The position numbers were made by a program, and so were the translations under genes. This document shows positions 1-12,033 of a stretch of 64,000 nucleotides of DNA, piece by piece. The stretch spans positions 22,382,001 to 22,446,000 of the forward strand of contig NC_043017.1 of NCBI RefSeq assembly GCF_006345805.1, read 5' to 3'. Numbering within the stretch: position 1 is the first letter of the stretch; every line of letters starts with the position of its first letter. The stretch comes from Octopus sinensis. Its lineage: Eukaryota. The notes under the pieces were generated by a model. It made no database searches. It saw nothing but the letters and a program-made list of their open reading frames with translations, and had not been told where the DNA came from.

Positions 1-88
1 TAAACTTGCTGACCTACACATACACACACACACCACACACACCATACACACACACACACGCACACACACACACACATATATACTTTAA

Positions 89-300
89 CTTACTTTTATT
101 TGTTTCAGTCATATGACTGCAGCTATGCTGGGGCACCACTTTTAGTGGAGCGAATTGACCCCAGGACTTATTCTTTGTAAGCCTAGTACTTATTCTATCA
201 GTTGCTTTTGCCAAACTGCTAAGTTACGGGGATATAAACACACAAACATCAGTTGTCAAGCGATGTTGGGGGGACAAGCACAGACAAACAAACATGTACA
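89..300 (-). mobile_element. SINE family A (my label), 3' half
   Basis: Reverse complement of the family-A 3' region (tttgtttcagtcat..gactgc..atgctggggcacc..gaccccaggacttattctttgtaagcctagtacttattcta), matching the other copies in the window. Confidence 0.85.
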
Positions 301-1661
301 AAATTTGAAACTTATATTGGGCAGAATAGCTTCTTGAACCATGAGTTCATAAAGTCATAGAGTCTATGATATTTGGTATTCAAATGGAATTATTCTTTGA
401 TATCTGATATTCAAATATAGTTACCATCTTAGATTTTCTGTGATTTTAACCAGTGTCCTACATATAATGTTAAACTGCATCTGGTAATGGATTCCTGGTT
501 CAGATGTTCCAGAGTTTTGAGGAATGTGGAACCAACTTTTTGCTACTATTGTTCCCTGACCCAAAGGAGTAGTTAGTGTCCCAGCTATGTGTTAATTAGC
601 ATTTTATGGAAGAAACCCCACAGACAAACCCTCACTGCTTTGTAAGTACCTTGGAGAAGAAAAACCCTCGACAGAAAATCAAAGAATGGAATTCTTCAGG
701 CAGTCTGATGCCCTTTTTGATACTTTTCTGGAAAATCCAGGGTAAGTAGTGACCTCCAGCTGTGTAAGGCACTCCACCTAGAGGAGGCCACTCCAAAGTA
801 AAAACCTACAGCTTACTGGTCACCACAGCAGTCATAGCTCACATAATCATTGTGGTCAAACCTCCAAGTTTAATGAGCGAGATCAGATTGCTTGCATAGA
901 CAGACCCTCACATTAAAATTACTAAGCACAGGCAGGAAGAAAAGCCCTGCCGTCTCAAGAATCAGTTTATATAACCAATTAAGGGGCACGCTTCTCTTCT
1001 TCATCGTCTTTTGATTCAAACAAACTGCCATCATCAATCACTCAGTGTTGCACTACTTACAATTATTTTCTGAAACAGAAGTTGATAAACCCTCATCTGC
1101 AAGTCAAATTTTGAACTAGTATTCAAATTTAAACATGAACTACTAATGAAGTTTCAAAAAGAAACCTTTTGTAAAAAATGCTTTAAGCCCCAACACTAAA
1201 ACATTAATTTAGTGCAAGTCAAATATCTATAATTAAAAATCCAATAATTCTTTCAGCACGGCTATGCATCCACCCATTCTAATCTGCTTGCAATTTGCTC
1301 CTGGTATTAAAAAAGATTTTTCCTTTTTCTGATCTAAAAGATAGTTGTTCTATTTCTTGGTTAAAATGTTGCGGGGCTATTTTTTTCCTAAATAAAAACA
1401 CTTGTCTCAATTCACCTATATACACAATATATATTTACTGAATTAGATTTTTACGAGACTGTACTATTATCATTCTTATTACTATTATTATTATTATTAT
1501 ACATATATACATACGTGTGTTTTTGATTGTGCGTTTATGTGTTTGTGCGTATGAGTGTGTGTCTGTGAGAGCTTGTTTTGTATTTATAGACATTCACAAA
1601 TTTATAACATTTTCTTCCATTCAAACTATGTCTATGAAAAAGTGAAATAGACAGTAGAACC

Positions 1662-1673
1662 TCTCTCTCTCTT

Positions 1674-1707
<34 letters not shown>

Positions 1708-1770
1708 CACATATATATATATACATATATATATACATACATACATATACATATGTATACATACATACAT

Positions 1771-1807
<37 letters not shown>

Positions 1808-1846
1808 CATAAATACATATATATATATATATATATATATACATAA

Positions 1847-1883
<37 letters not shown>

Positions 1884-1952
1884 AATACATATATAATATA
1901 TATATATATATATATACATAAATACATATATATATATATATATATAACATAA

Positions 1953-2001
<49 letters not shown>

Positions 2002-2427
2002 AATACATATATCATAAATACATATATATATATATACATAAATACATATATACATAATACATTATATATATATTATATATGTGTGTGTATATATATATAC
2101 ACACACATAACACACACACATTACTTGTTAGTTCTTAGTAAGAAGAATTCATGTTTCAAATAACTTTCAAGAAACAGGTATATTTAGAAAGTAAATATTA
2201 CAACATTAGTTTTATGATGCCTTAATTCTCTAAGAAAATGGCTCCAAAACTCTGTATGTGTGTGTGTGTATGCATGTATGTGAATGTATGGATGTGCATG
2301 TGTGTATGTGTATATCTATATGAATATCTATCTAATAATATACACACACACATACATATATATGTATACATATACACACACATACATACATTTTAATATA
2401 TATATTATATCATACACACACACATAC

Positions 2428-2480
<53 letters not shown>

Positions 2481-2555
2481 CACACACATATACATTTATA
2501 TATATATATATATATACATATACACACACACATACATTTATATATATATATATAA
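1662..2555. repeat. Compound microsatellite field (CT)n/(TA)n/(CA)n with a higher-order (TA)n-CATAAATACA unit
   Basis: Read directly; it accounts for the YIYI/CV-type ORFs at 1535-2679. Confidence 0.95.
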
Positions 2556-2982
2556 TTCTTTTCTCTTGGAAATAAATACCACTTTAAACTTTCACTACAC
2601 TGGAAATGAAATATCAAATATAGAATTAAGAATATTCCATTTCTTGGTTGTTATTCTCATTTTTCTTTTTTCTTTATAAAACAAAAATCAACTTAAGAAA
2701 AGAAAGGAGCAGAATCGAGATTAAAGATTTCTTTAAGTTTATCTTTTATAGCGGTATGAGATTTTATTTCACTATACAACACTCAATCATTTTGCTAACA
2801 TCTTCTTCAATATTACCAGTTTCTTGAAACCCCAGATTGAAATCCAAAAGTGGCAGACTGACAGAAGCTTCATTTCATCATAACAAATTCCTGCAAATAT
2901 TTAGTTGAGACCCTTGATTCTCTGAGTTCAAACCACGTAAAGAAATGGCCCCACCTTTCATCTTTCCAGAGTTGATAAAATA

Positions 2983-3130
2983 GATTTCTTTACTGCCCAC
3001 AAGGGGCTAAACATAGAGGGGACAAACAAGGACAGACAAAGGGATTGAATCGATTACATCGACCCCAGTGAGAAACTGGTACTTTATTTATCAACCCCAA
3101 AAGGATGAGAGGCAAAGTCGACCTCGGCGA
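2983..3130 (-). mobile_element. SINE family B (my label), 5'-truncated
   Basis: atttctttactgcccacaaggggctaaacatagaggggacaaacaaggacagac..atcgaccccagtg..aaaggatgagaggcaaagtcgacctcggc is the reverse complement of the copies at 33847 and 45450. Confidence 0.85.
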
Positions 3131-3356
3131 AAGTAACAGTCAATTTCTGAGTTGATTATTAAATCAACCCCAGGACTTGACACCCAACAAGTAAAATACA
3201 ATTATACAGGCGTGGCTGTGTGGTAAGAAGCTTGCTTCCCAAACACATGGTGCTGGGTTCAATCCCAAGGTCAATCAAAACCTTGTGAGTGGATTTGGTG
3301 GACAGAAACTGAAAAAAAATCCTGTCATACATGTGTGTGTGTATTGTTTTAAATGT

Positions 3357-3532
3357 AGGAGTGGATGTGTGGTAAGTAGCTTGCTTATGAACCACATGGT
3401 TCTGGGTTCAGTCCCACTGCGTGGCACCTTGGGCAAGTGTCTTCTACTATACCCTCAGGCCAAGCAAAGCCTTGTGAGTGGATTTGGTAGACGGAAACTG
3501 AAAGAAGCCCATTGTATATTTGTATATGTATG

Positions 3533-3566
<34 letters not shown>

Positions 3567-3800
3567 TGTATGTATGTATGTATGTATGTATGTTTGTGTG
3601 TCTATGTTTGTCCCCCCAACATTGCTTGACAACCAATGCTGGTGTGTTTACGTCCCCGTAACTTAATGGTTCGGCAAAAAGAGACTGACAGAATAAGTAC
3701 TAGGCTTACAAAGAATAAGTGCTGGCATCGATTTGCTCGACTAAAGGCGGTGCCCCAGCATGGCCACAGTCAAATGACTGAAACAAGTAAAAGAGTAAGA
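3357..3800 (+). mobile_element. tRNA-derived SINE family A, full length, with internal (TATG)n
   Basis: A-box-like TGG.TGTGTGG, B-box-like GGTTCAGTCCC, ggcaccttgggcaagtgtctt core, internal microsatellite and (AGTAAAAG)-type tail. A 5'-half copy lies at 3207-3345. Confidence 0.9.
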
Positions 3801-4350
3801 AGAAATGAATGATATAACGTTAGTATCAGGAGAAAATGTATCAAGTCTAGTGGAAAAGCAAAAGACCGAACATGTAATTTATGTCTTATTTAAGCCACAA
3901 CACAACCTTCATTATAACTAACAAAGGAAAAATAAACCATCACCTTTCTAACTGCCATGGCTTCCTTCTCTCATATAGTTTTCCTTCCTCTGTTTCTCAT
4001 TATTCCACCGAACACCCTTTCTTGTGCTCATTACTCTAGACATATTTATCACCAAGCTAATCATTGTATTAATTTCCTTTATTGTCGTTGTCGCTATAAT
4101 AGATGTTTATTGTCATTATATACATCATCATCATCATCACTGCCACTACCACCACCATCGTCATCGTCATAATCAACATACTGACCACCACCTGTGTTAA
4201 TGTTCTTTGCAGTCTCTCAGCAAATATTTGTCAACTCCTGTAATTCATTTATACACTAGGCCAGCAGTAGTTCTTGGGATTTCCTATTACAACTAGATTC
4301 AGTTTTTAAAATACACTAATATTACTTTTAATACAACTACTACTACTATC

Positions 4351-4388
<38 letters not shown>

Positions 4389-4390
<2 letters not shown>

Positions 4391-4523
4391 AACACTAAGT
4401 ACAAAACCAAATATATGGCACCCTAGGCATAATACCAATATGAACTTCCAACTTGTTGTCTCTTGAGGTCTCTGGGTGAGATTTGGAGCCAGCTTGTGCA
4501 AATGTAAAGCAAAAGTCAAACAT
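4389..4523 (+). mobile_element. Dong/R4-like LINE 3'UTR fragment inside (AAT)n
   Basis: Matches the 3'UTR at ~5850-5980 (..gaggtctctgggtgaga.ttggagcca.cttgt.caaat.taaagcaaaagtcaaacat). Flanked on both sides by (AAT)n. Confidence 0.75.
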
Positions 4524-5162
4524 AGAATAATAATAATAATAATAATATTTATAGGATTGAGGTTACTCCTCCAGAAAGTATAGAAGCCAAAAAAGAAGAG
4601 TTACCCAAATCAAGTAGATTGACAAGTTTAGTTTTTGAACCTGTGGAAGACACACAAGACGTCGAAATATCGTTCACTTGATGATGATGATGATGATGGT
4701 GGTGATGATGATGATGATGAGAAGAAGAAGAAGAAGAAGAAGAAGAAGAAGAAGAAGAAGAATGATTATCCTTTCTACTAAAGGCATAAGGCCTGGAATT
4801 TTGGGAGAGGGGACTAGTCGATCACATTGACCTAGTATTTAACTGGTATTTAATTTATTGACCCCAAAAGGGTGAACAGCCAAATCAACCTCAGCAGAAT
4901 ATGAATTCAGAACTTAAAGACATACGAAGTGCCATTAAGCATTTTGTCTGGCATGCTAACAATTCTGCCAGTTCACCACCTTGATAATAATAATAATAAT
5001 CCTTTCTAATATAGGCACAAGGTCTGAGATTTGGGTGAAGGAGCTAATTGATAATATCGATTCCAGTGATCAACTGGTTCTTATTTCATCAACCCTAAAA
5101 GTATGAAAGGCAAAGTCAACCTCAGTAGCATTTGAACTCAAAACATAAAGCCTGTCTTAATG

Positions 5163-5207
<45 letters not shown>

Positions 5208-5221
5208 TAATAATACAGTTC

Positions 5222-5390
5222 TATATTTACGAGATGAGGAATTATATACATTATTTACATTTGATAGATATTTGTCCTCATCTTGTTTGCTGTTAACACA
5301 ATGTTTCGGCTGATATACCCTCCAGCTTTCTTCAGGTGTCTTGGGGAAATTTCGAACCTGGGTTCTCATTCTTAAGGTATTTTTCGATGC
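5222..5390 (-). mobile_element. Penelope-like element terminus with a degenerate minimal hammerhead motif
   Basis: The minus strand reads gacacCTGAAGAaagctggagggtatatcagccGAAAcattgtgtt and is followed by an (ATT)n tail. An inverted partial copy lies at 6016-6075. Confidence 0.6.
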
Positions 5391-5416
5391 TATTATTACC
5401 ATTATTATTATTATTA

Positions 5417-5550
5417 TTCAGTCATTCCTTGGAATCGAACTCAGAATCTTGGGGTTAGTAGCCTTCACTCTTAACCAATACACCTTATGCTGACGAGCAT
5501 ATGGCTAATAACCTTAAGATTCCGAGTTCAATTCCAGGCAGTGACCTGAA
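5417..5550. mobile_element. Head-to-head pair of tRNA-like SINE heads
   Basis: 5417-5490 on the minus strand is gcataaggtgtattggttaagagtgaaggctactaaccccaagattctgagttcgattcc.. 5497-5550 on the plus strand is the same head with an internal deletion (..aagattccgagttcaattccaggcagtgacctgaa). Both carry a B-box, GAGTTCRATTCC. Confidence 0.7.
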
Positions 5551-5584
5551 TAATAATAATTATAATAATAATAATAATAATAAT

Positions 5585-5980
5585 AAAGATCTTGAAATAG
5601 AAATCAGCAAAATGTGGAACCTGAAGACTAAAACAATACCTGTTGTCATAGGTGCCCTGGAAATGATAGCAAAAGGGGCTGATAGCTACCTAACTCAGAT
5701 ACCAGGAAACCCCAAAATGGCAGAAACTCAAAAGATAGTGCTCATGGGAACTGCTCATATCCTACGCAAAATACTTTCTATGTAATCTCAAGGTTTAAAA
5801 CAAACATAATTTTTGGTTTTTTTTTTTTTAGACATTCATTAGTACAACACCAAAAACTCCCCGCCAAATATATGGCACACTAGGCATAACAACAACATGA
5901 ACTTCCAACCTGTTGTCTCTTGAGGTCTCTGGGTGAGACTTGGAGCCAACTTGTACAAATATAAAGCAAAAGTCAAACAT
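5585..5980 (+). mobile_element. Dong/R4-clade non-LTR retrotransposon, 3' fragment (ORF C-terminus plus 3'UTR)
   Basis: 5585-5785 encodes KDLEIEISKMWNLKTKTIPVVIGALEMIAKGADSYLTQIPGNPKMAETQKIVLMGTAHILRKILSM*, the typical C-terminus after the restriction-like endonuclease (DL..E..MW...PVVIGALG...QK..L.GTA.I.R). It sits between (AAT)n tracts, the known Dong target. Confidence 0.8.
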
Positions 5981-7075
5981 ATAATAATAATAATAATAAT
6001 AACAACAACAACAACATCAAAAAATATCTTAGGAATGAGAACCCAGGTTCAAAATTTCCCGAAGACACCAGAAGAATCTCCTTGCACCCAAAGGTACCCA
6101 ACAGCCTGGTGGAGAAGTTAATTCTATCACGTAAGAGCCAGAATGGTCGCTTCAACACATTTCTACAAAGTTCCCATCAAACGAATTTCACTGACAATGC
6201 TACTATTGTCAACTTTCGGAGCTTTTATTGTTCTAAATTGATTACGAGCTTACAAAAGTGATTTAGTAATGCATTTAACACATCATTATGATTCAGTGTG
6301 TTGCAAGGAGGAAGTCATGTAATATTAAACCATTTAGAACCACCTGCTCTAGTTTATTATTATTATTTATCATATTATAATTTTCAATCTTTGAGAAACT
6401 GAAGTTGATCATGGCATAAATCTGACATGGTATATTCAAGTAAAATATGGCAACAGTTGAGAAAGTAACAAGTGTCATATTCCCTGAAATACAATATTAA
6501 TGGATTGCAAGGTTTTAGATAATAAACTTCTCTGCATAATGATTGTCTCATTTTGAATGATTCAAAATGAAATAATTCAAGAATGGAGCAAAGTGAACAA
6601 TGAAATTGCAGAGTGCTGAGAGCGAAATTGCTGAGAATTGAAAGCACAAGTTCCACTGAACCAGACATGTCACAAGGTTTGCAGATAACAGGTGGACCTG
6701 TGCAGTTGCCAAGTTGTATACAAGAGATTAGAAAAGGTCCCTTGGAAGGCCTCTATAATGATAGGAAGATGATCTGGTCAAGCAATTTGGGTCAAAATGA
6801 AAACGAATGAAGACAAAATTGGAATCGCATTGTGACCAGTGGTGTATAACATCTGATGAATGGTCAATACTGTGATACTGTGATGATGATCATAAGTAAG
6901 GATATGTAACAAAAACTCTTTGGATCAATCTAAAATTATAGTAAAATCTAAAAATGCTATTTTCGAACAAAAGCTGGTGCCACCATCCCTAGCCAAGTGA
7001 TTATTCAGTGCTAATGAAGAGAAATAACCCAGAAACCATTGGTACATAGATGTTGCTTTGAGCTGGGTGGGACAC

Positions 7076-8063
7076 TAGCTCCCTTGTTCGAAAAGGGCAG
7101 AGTTAGTGCATTGATAGCCAGCTGGGGAAGATATTTTCCTGGGGCTGTAGGTCCCTTATTAAAAAATATAAGGATGCAGTTAGTACATCAATAGCCAGCT
7201 GGAGATGATATTTTCCTGGGGCTGTAGCTCCCTTCTTCGAAAATATAAGGATGCAGTTAGTGCATCAATAGCCAGCTGGAGATGATATTTTCCTGGGTCT
7301 GTAGCTCCCTTGTTCAAAAATATAAGGATGCAGTTAGTGCATCAATAGCCTGCTAGAGATGATATTTTCCTGGGTCTGTAGCTCCCTTGTTCAAAAATAT
7401 AAGGATGCAGTTAGTGCATCAATAGCCAGCTAGAGATGATATTTTCCTGGGGCTGTAGGTCCCTTCTTCGAAAATATAAGGATGCAGTTAGTGCATCAAT
7501 AGCCAGCTGGAGATGATTTTTTCCTGGGGCTGTAGGTCCCTTGTTAAAAAATATAAGGATGCAGTTAGTACATCAATAGCCAGCTGGAGATATTTTCCTG
7601 GGACTGTAGGTCCCTTCTTCGAAAATATAAGGATGCAGTTAGTGCATCAATAGCCAGCTGGAGATGATATTTTCCTGGGTCTGTAGCTCCCTTGTTCAAA
7701 AATATAAAGATGCAGTTAGTGCATCAATGGCCTGCTAGAGATGATATTTTCCTGGGGCTGTAGCTCCTTTCTTCGAAAATATAGGGATGCAGTTAGTGCA
7801 TCAATAGCCAGCTGGAGATGATATTTTCCTGGGTCTGTAGCTCCCTTGTTCAAAAATATAAGGAAGCAGTTAGTGCATTGATAGCCAGCTGAAGAAGATA
7901 TTTTCCTGGGGCTGTAGCTCCCTTGTTCAAAAATATAAGGATGCAGTTAGTGCATCAATAGCCAGCTGGAGATGATATTTTCCTGGGGCTGTAGGTCTTC
8001 GAAAATATAAGGATGCAGTGCATGCATCAATAGCCAGCTGGAGATGATATTTACCTGGGGCTA
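7076..8063. repeat. 77-bp minisatellite, about 12.8 units
   Basis: Unit: aggatgcagttagtgcatcaatagccagctggagatgatattttcctgggkctgtagstcccttsttcraaaatata. Unit starts at 7171, 7248, 7325, 7402, 7479, 7556, 7630, 7707, 7784, 7861, 7938 and 8010. Confidence 0.97.
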
Positions 8064-8423
8064 AATAGCAGCAACATTCATTATAACCAGGACTGTCACT
8101 GTACTTTGGCAAATAAACTTTACTCTGTCGTACTGTTGTTGCATGTTTTTCACTCAGAGAGTTAGAACTAATACTTTTCCTATTTAATTTTATTCCATTT
8201 TAATTGAAACTTTACTTATATTTACATTTTAAACACCATCGTTGCCTCCATCTCCACTGCTGTCATTCACTGCAATCTCCACTTCTCCGTTTTCCTGTAT
8301 ACATTTTAAAATTTAGATTCAGTTCTTTATTATTTACACTAACCAGTCTACCTTACACTGATTTTCACTGAGTTGATAATATCATCACAGAAATTACAAT
8401 TTTAAAGAAAGAAAGGAAATATT

Positions 8424-8610
8424 CTTTTCTACTCTATGCACAAGACCTGAAATTTTAGGGGAGGGGGCCAGTCGTTTAGATCGACCCCAGTACGCAACTG
8501 GTGCTTAATTTATCGACCTCAGCAAAATTTGAACTCAGAACGTAAAGTCAGATGAAATAATGCTATGCATTTCACCCAGCATGCTAACGTTTCTGCCAAC
8601 TCCCCGCCTT
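8424..8610 (-). mobile_element. SINE family B variant with a 16-bp TSD
   Basis: aaagaaaggaaatatt is repeated at 8408-8423 and 8611-8626 around the element. Confidence 0.88.
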
Positions 8611-8690
8611 AAAGAAAGGAAATATTGTTCACATGTAGGAAGGAGACTAACTCAGGACACTTTCACATTTTACTATTAATCAGTTTAAAT

Positions 8691-9345
8691 CAGTGGTTCT
8701 CAACTATTTTTTCCGGTGGACCACTTTTATCCCAATTCTACTTAGATGGACCCTCCTAGCCAGTCAATGTTTAAAAAATCCTATTACATTTTTATAATTA
8801 AATATAATTAGGAATTGTTTAAAAAATTTGTTAAAATATTTTGTGAATTGTAAAAGTATAACAAATTTGTTGCAGATGAATTTTAACAACAAAAGCAGGA
8901 GTGGCTGTGTGGTAAGTAGCTTGCTTACCAACTACATGGTTCCGGGTTCAGTCCCACTGCTTGGCACCTTGGGCAAGTGTCTTCTACTTTAGCCTCTGGC
9001 CGACCAAAGCCTTGTGAGTGGATTTGGTAGACAGAAACTGAAAGAAGCCCATCGTATATATGTATATGTATATATGTGTGTGTGTGTGTGTTTGTGTGTC
9101 TGTGTTTGTCCCCCCAACATCGCTTGACAACCGGTGCTGGTGTGTTTACGTCCCTGTAACTTAGTGGTGCGGCAAAAGAGACCGATAGAATAAGTACTAG
9201 GCTTACAAAGAATAAGTCCTGGGGTCGATTTGCTCGACTAAAGGAGGTGCTCCAGCATGGCCACAGTCAGATGGCTGAAACAAGTAAAAGAGTAAAGAGA
9301 GTATGAACCCCCCAGGGCTGTAGGGACCCCTGTTGAAAACCACTG
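8691..9345. mobile_element. hAT (Charlie/Buster-type) MITE with a nested SINE A
   Basis: TIRs are cagtggttctcaac and gttgaaaaccactg. The subterminal sequence matches the inverted copy at 59223-59987. The 8-bp flanks match at only 5/8. Confidence 0.8.
8897..9302 (+). mobile_element. SINE family A, full length
   Basis: Complete head, core, internal TA/TG tract and tail; inserted inside the hAT MITE. Confidence 0.92.
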
Positions 9346-9501
9346 CTTTTGATGCTTTCTTATAAACCTTAAAAGCTGTCACTCTCCTTCTTCTTCCTTT
9401 AAATCTGTGGTCTTGTATCTGTTTAAGAAACAAGCAGTACATTAATAAAAGGAAAATACTAATACAGCTGAGAACATCTAGGATTTTTTTATTATTTGAT
9501 A

Positions 9502-9930
9502 CAGGTGCAGGAGTGGCTGTGTGATGAGTCACTTGCTAACCAGCCACATGGTTCCAGGTTCAGTCCCACTGCGTGGCATCTTAGGCAAGTGTCTACTGCT
9601 ATAGCCTCGGGTCAACCAAAGCCTTGTGAGTGGATTTGGTAGATGGAAACTGAAAGAACCCGTCATATATATGTATATATTTTTATATATATATATATGT
9701 GTGTGTATATGTTTGTGTGTCTGTGTTTATCCCTCTAGCATTGCTGGACAACTGATGCTGGTGTGTTTACATCCCTGTAACTTAGCGGTTCAGCAAAAGA
9801 GACCAATAGAATAAGTACTAGGCTTACAAAGAATAAGTCCCGGGGTCGATTTGCTCGACTAAAGGCGGTGCTTCAGCATGGCTGCAGTCAAAATGACAGA
9901 AACAATTAAAAGAGTAAAAGAGAGAGAGAG
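9502..9930 (+). mobile_element. SINE family A, full length
   Basis: Same structure as 8897-9302. Confidence 0.9.
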
Positions 9931-11658
9931 GGAGCATCTTTTGTATTTGTGTGTGTTTGAATTCAGGAACACAGTGTAGTTAATTATTTCAACTGTATTA
10001 CTTTACAAGTATTTATAAACTCTGGAGATAAAGTCAACACCAGCAGAATTGGAACAGAGAAATGCAAGGCATTGAACTATGTACACAATAAAGCTTGTAG
10101 ATCATCTCTTCACCATTTCTACTATTACCACCAAGTACTCGAGAATGACAGAGTATGATGGCGATAGTTAGAATTATAGAAGTAAGTGTGAGTATGATGG
10201 GAAGGATGGAATGTGGTGGTGCTTGTGGTTTTCAAGCATGACATACCACAAAGACATTGCTTAGTGGTGGCTGTTGAGCAGTTGCTGTTTGATTAGTTTT
10301 CAATGAGCTGAATCTTTGCAAAGATGAATCGCTTCGACTGGATCTGGTTAAACATCTTCAAGAAAGATGAAAAGCCTGTTTAATAAATGTAGTAATATTG
10401 CTCAATGGAGTATTTGATTTGATTAGTGGTATGCCAAGAACAAAGAAACATTATTCTCATTCTCTTTCTGTTTTACTTTTTAATACTTTTCTCTCTGTTG
10501 GCAAGGATTAGACATAACTGAAAATTTTAGTTTTCTTGTTGAAAGTATGTTTTAGCAAGCGCTTGCCATTATTTTTAGTACTGACTTATCTATTATGCTG
10601 GAGGAATTCTGATATTTTACAAATAGATACGCTGGAACACTAAAAATAAACTGTTCAGCTCAAAGATGCAATGCAATATCTATTATGTTATGTAAAGTCT
10701 TAAATAATAAATCTTAACTTCAACACGCTAGCAACACAACCATTGAACTACCACTTTCTAAAAGAAAGAAAGGGAAGGAAAATGGATTATGAAAATAATA
10801 ATAGACAAAATCTTACTGACTTCCATCAGAAATAAAGCAAACTTTATCAGATTGTTTTTGAAGAGATTACACAAGGAAACTGTTTCCAGCAGAATACAAG
10901 TCAGATTTTAAAGTAAATTAACCTGGGATTTGGATAAAAACAGATCTCATTATAGAAACAGTTTTCAAAGAATTTCCTTGAAATGAAACCAGAATATCAT
11001 AATCATAGCATCCATACAACTTTGGTATGGTGTGGTATTTAAAATACAATTTCTAAATGTCAGCTATGCACTGATCGGTAGATTTTAATTGTTAAACGGA
11101 AGTTTCAGATCTTTATTTGCCCTTCAAATCTTTTCTCGGATCAGTTCAAGAAATCCCTGCTGTTGCTGTAGGAGACAAGCCCATCTAAATGAAGCTTATT
11201 GTTATAAACCTTTTGTTATACACATCAGATTAATGCTAGCTTCAATTGGATTACTGAGAATGTAGATACAGTTCTTTGGTAACCTGCACAGGATACCTGA
11301 TTCTCATAGTTCTTTATTTTTCTCTTTTCATCTTCATATTTCCAATTAATATCATATTTTTCCATCCAGCTATGATACATGTATTTTTATGGCCTTTTAA
11401 TATTGTAAAAGAAATATTTCCTAACATACATTAGCATTCATAAGTTGAAAATACATTTTTGGTAGCATTACTGCTTATGTAGCATTACTTTGCATGGCAA
11501 ACCAATAAGAAATGCTTTGACTCCTTATCAACAGAATAATGACTCATTGACAGAGGTTGCAGATGAATATGAAATCTAATTGAGGTGGGTTCAAATCCTA
11601 TTAGCGACATTTACTCTTTACCCAGAGTAAAAATAGTAAGTTATTCTATGTATTTGAC

Positions 11659-11955
11659 ATCATTATCATCATCATCATCGTTTAACGTCCGTTTTCTGTG
11701 CTAGCATGGGTTGGACAGTTTGACCTGGGTCTGGGAAGCCAGGAGGCTGTACCAGGCTCCAGTCTGATCTGGCAGTGTTTCTACAGCTGGATGCCCTTCC
11801 TAACGCCAACCACTCCGTGAGTGTAGTGGGTGCTTTTTACATGCCACTGGCACAGGTGCCAGGGGAGGCTGGCAGCGGCCATGATCGGTTGGTGCATTTT
11901 ACGTGCCACCAGCACGGAAGCCAGTCGAGGCGGTACTGGCATCGGCCAACAGCCA
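11659..11955 (-). mobile_element. Retroposon family C (my label; (GAT)n-tailed)
   Basis: catcatcatcgtttaacgtccg..tgctagcatgggttggac..tttctacagctggatgcccttcctaacgccaaccactcc..gtagtgggtgctttttacatgccac. Other copies are at 17340, 18155, 39820, 47450 and 58590. Confidence 0.85.
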
Positions 11956-12033
11956 TATTTAAATGTAGTTAATTTCAGTTGATCTTGGAGGCTATTTCTG
12001 GTTTCACCAGACATAAGATGTCTATATATTTCA

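Noticed and set aside
560-960. Exon ending at the donor ccagg|gtaagt (742)
   Set aside because: There is no good acceptor, and the surrounding text looks more like a decayed LINE 5' region; unassignable.
7076-8063. The array as a CRISPR locus or a tRNA gene cluster
   Set aside because: There are no unique spacers and the context is eukaryotic; the units lack an acceptor stem and a canonical T-arm.
10260-11400. Decayed transposase-like frames (VFNELNLCKDESLRLDLVKHLQER..)
   Set aside because: No diagnostic motif or TIR found; needs a homology search.
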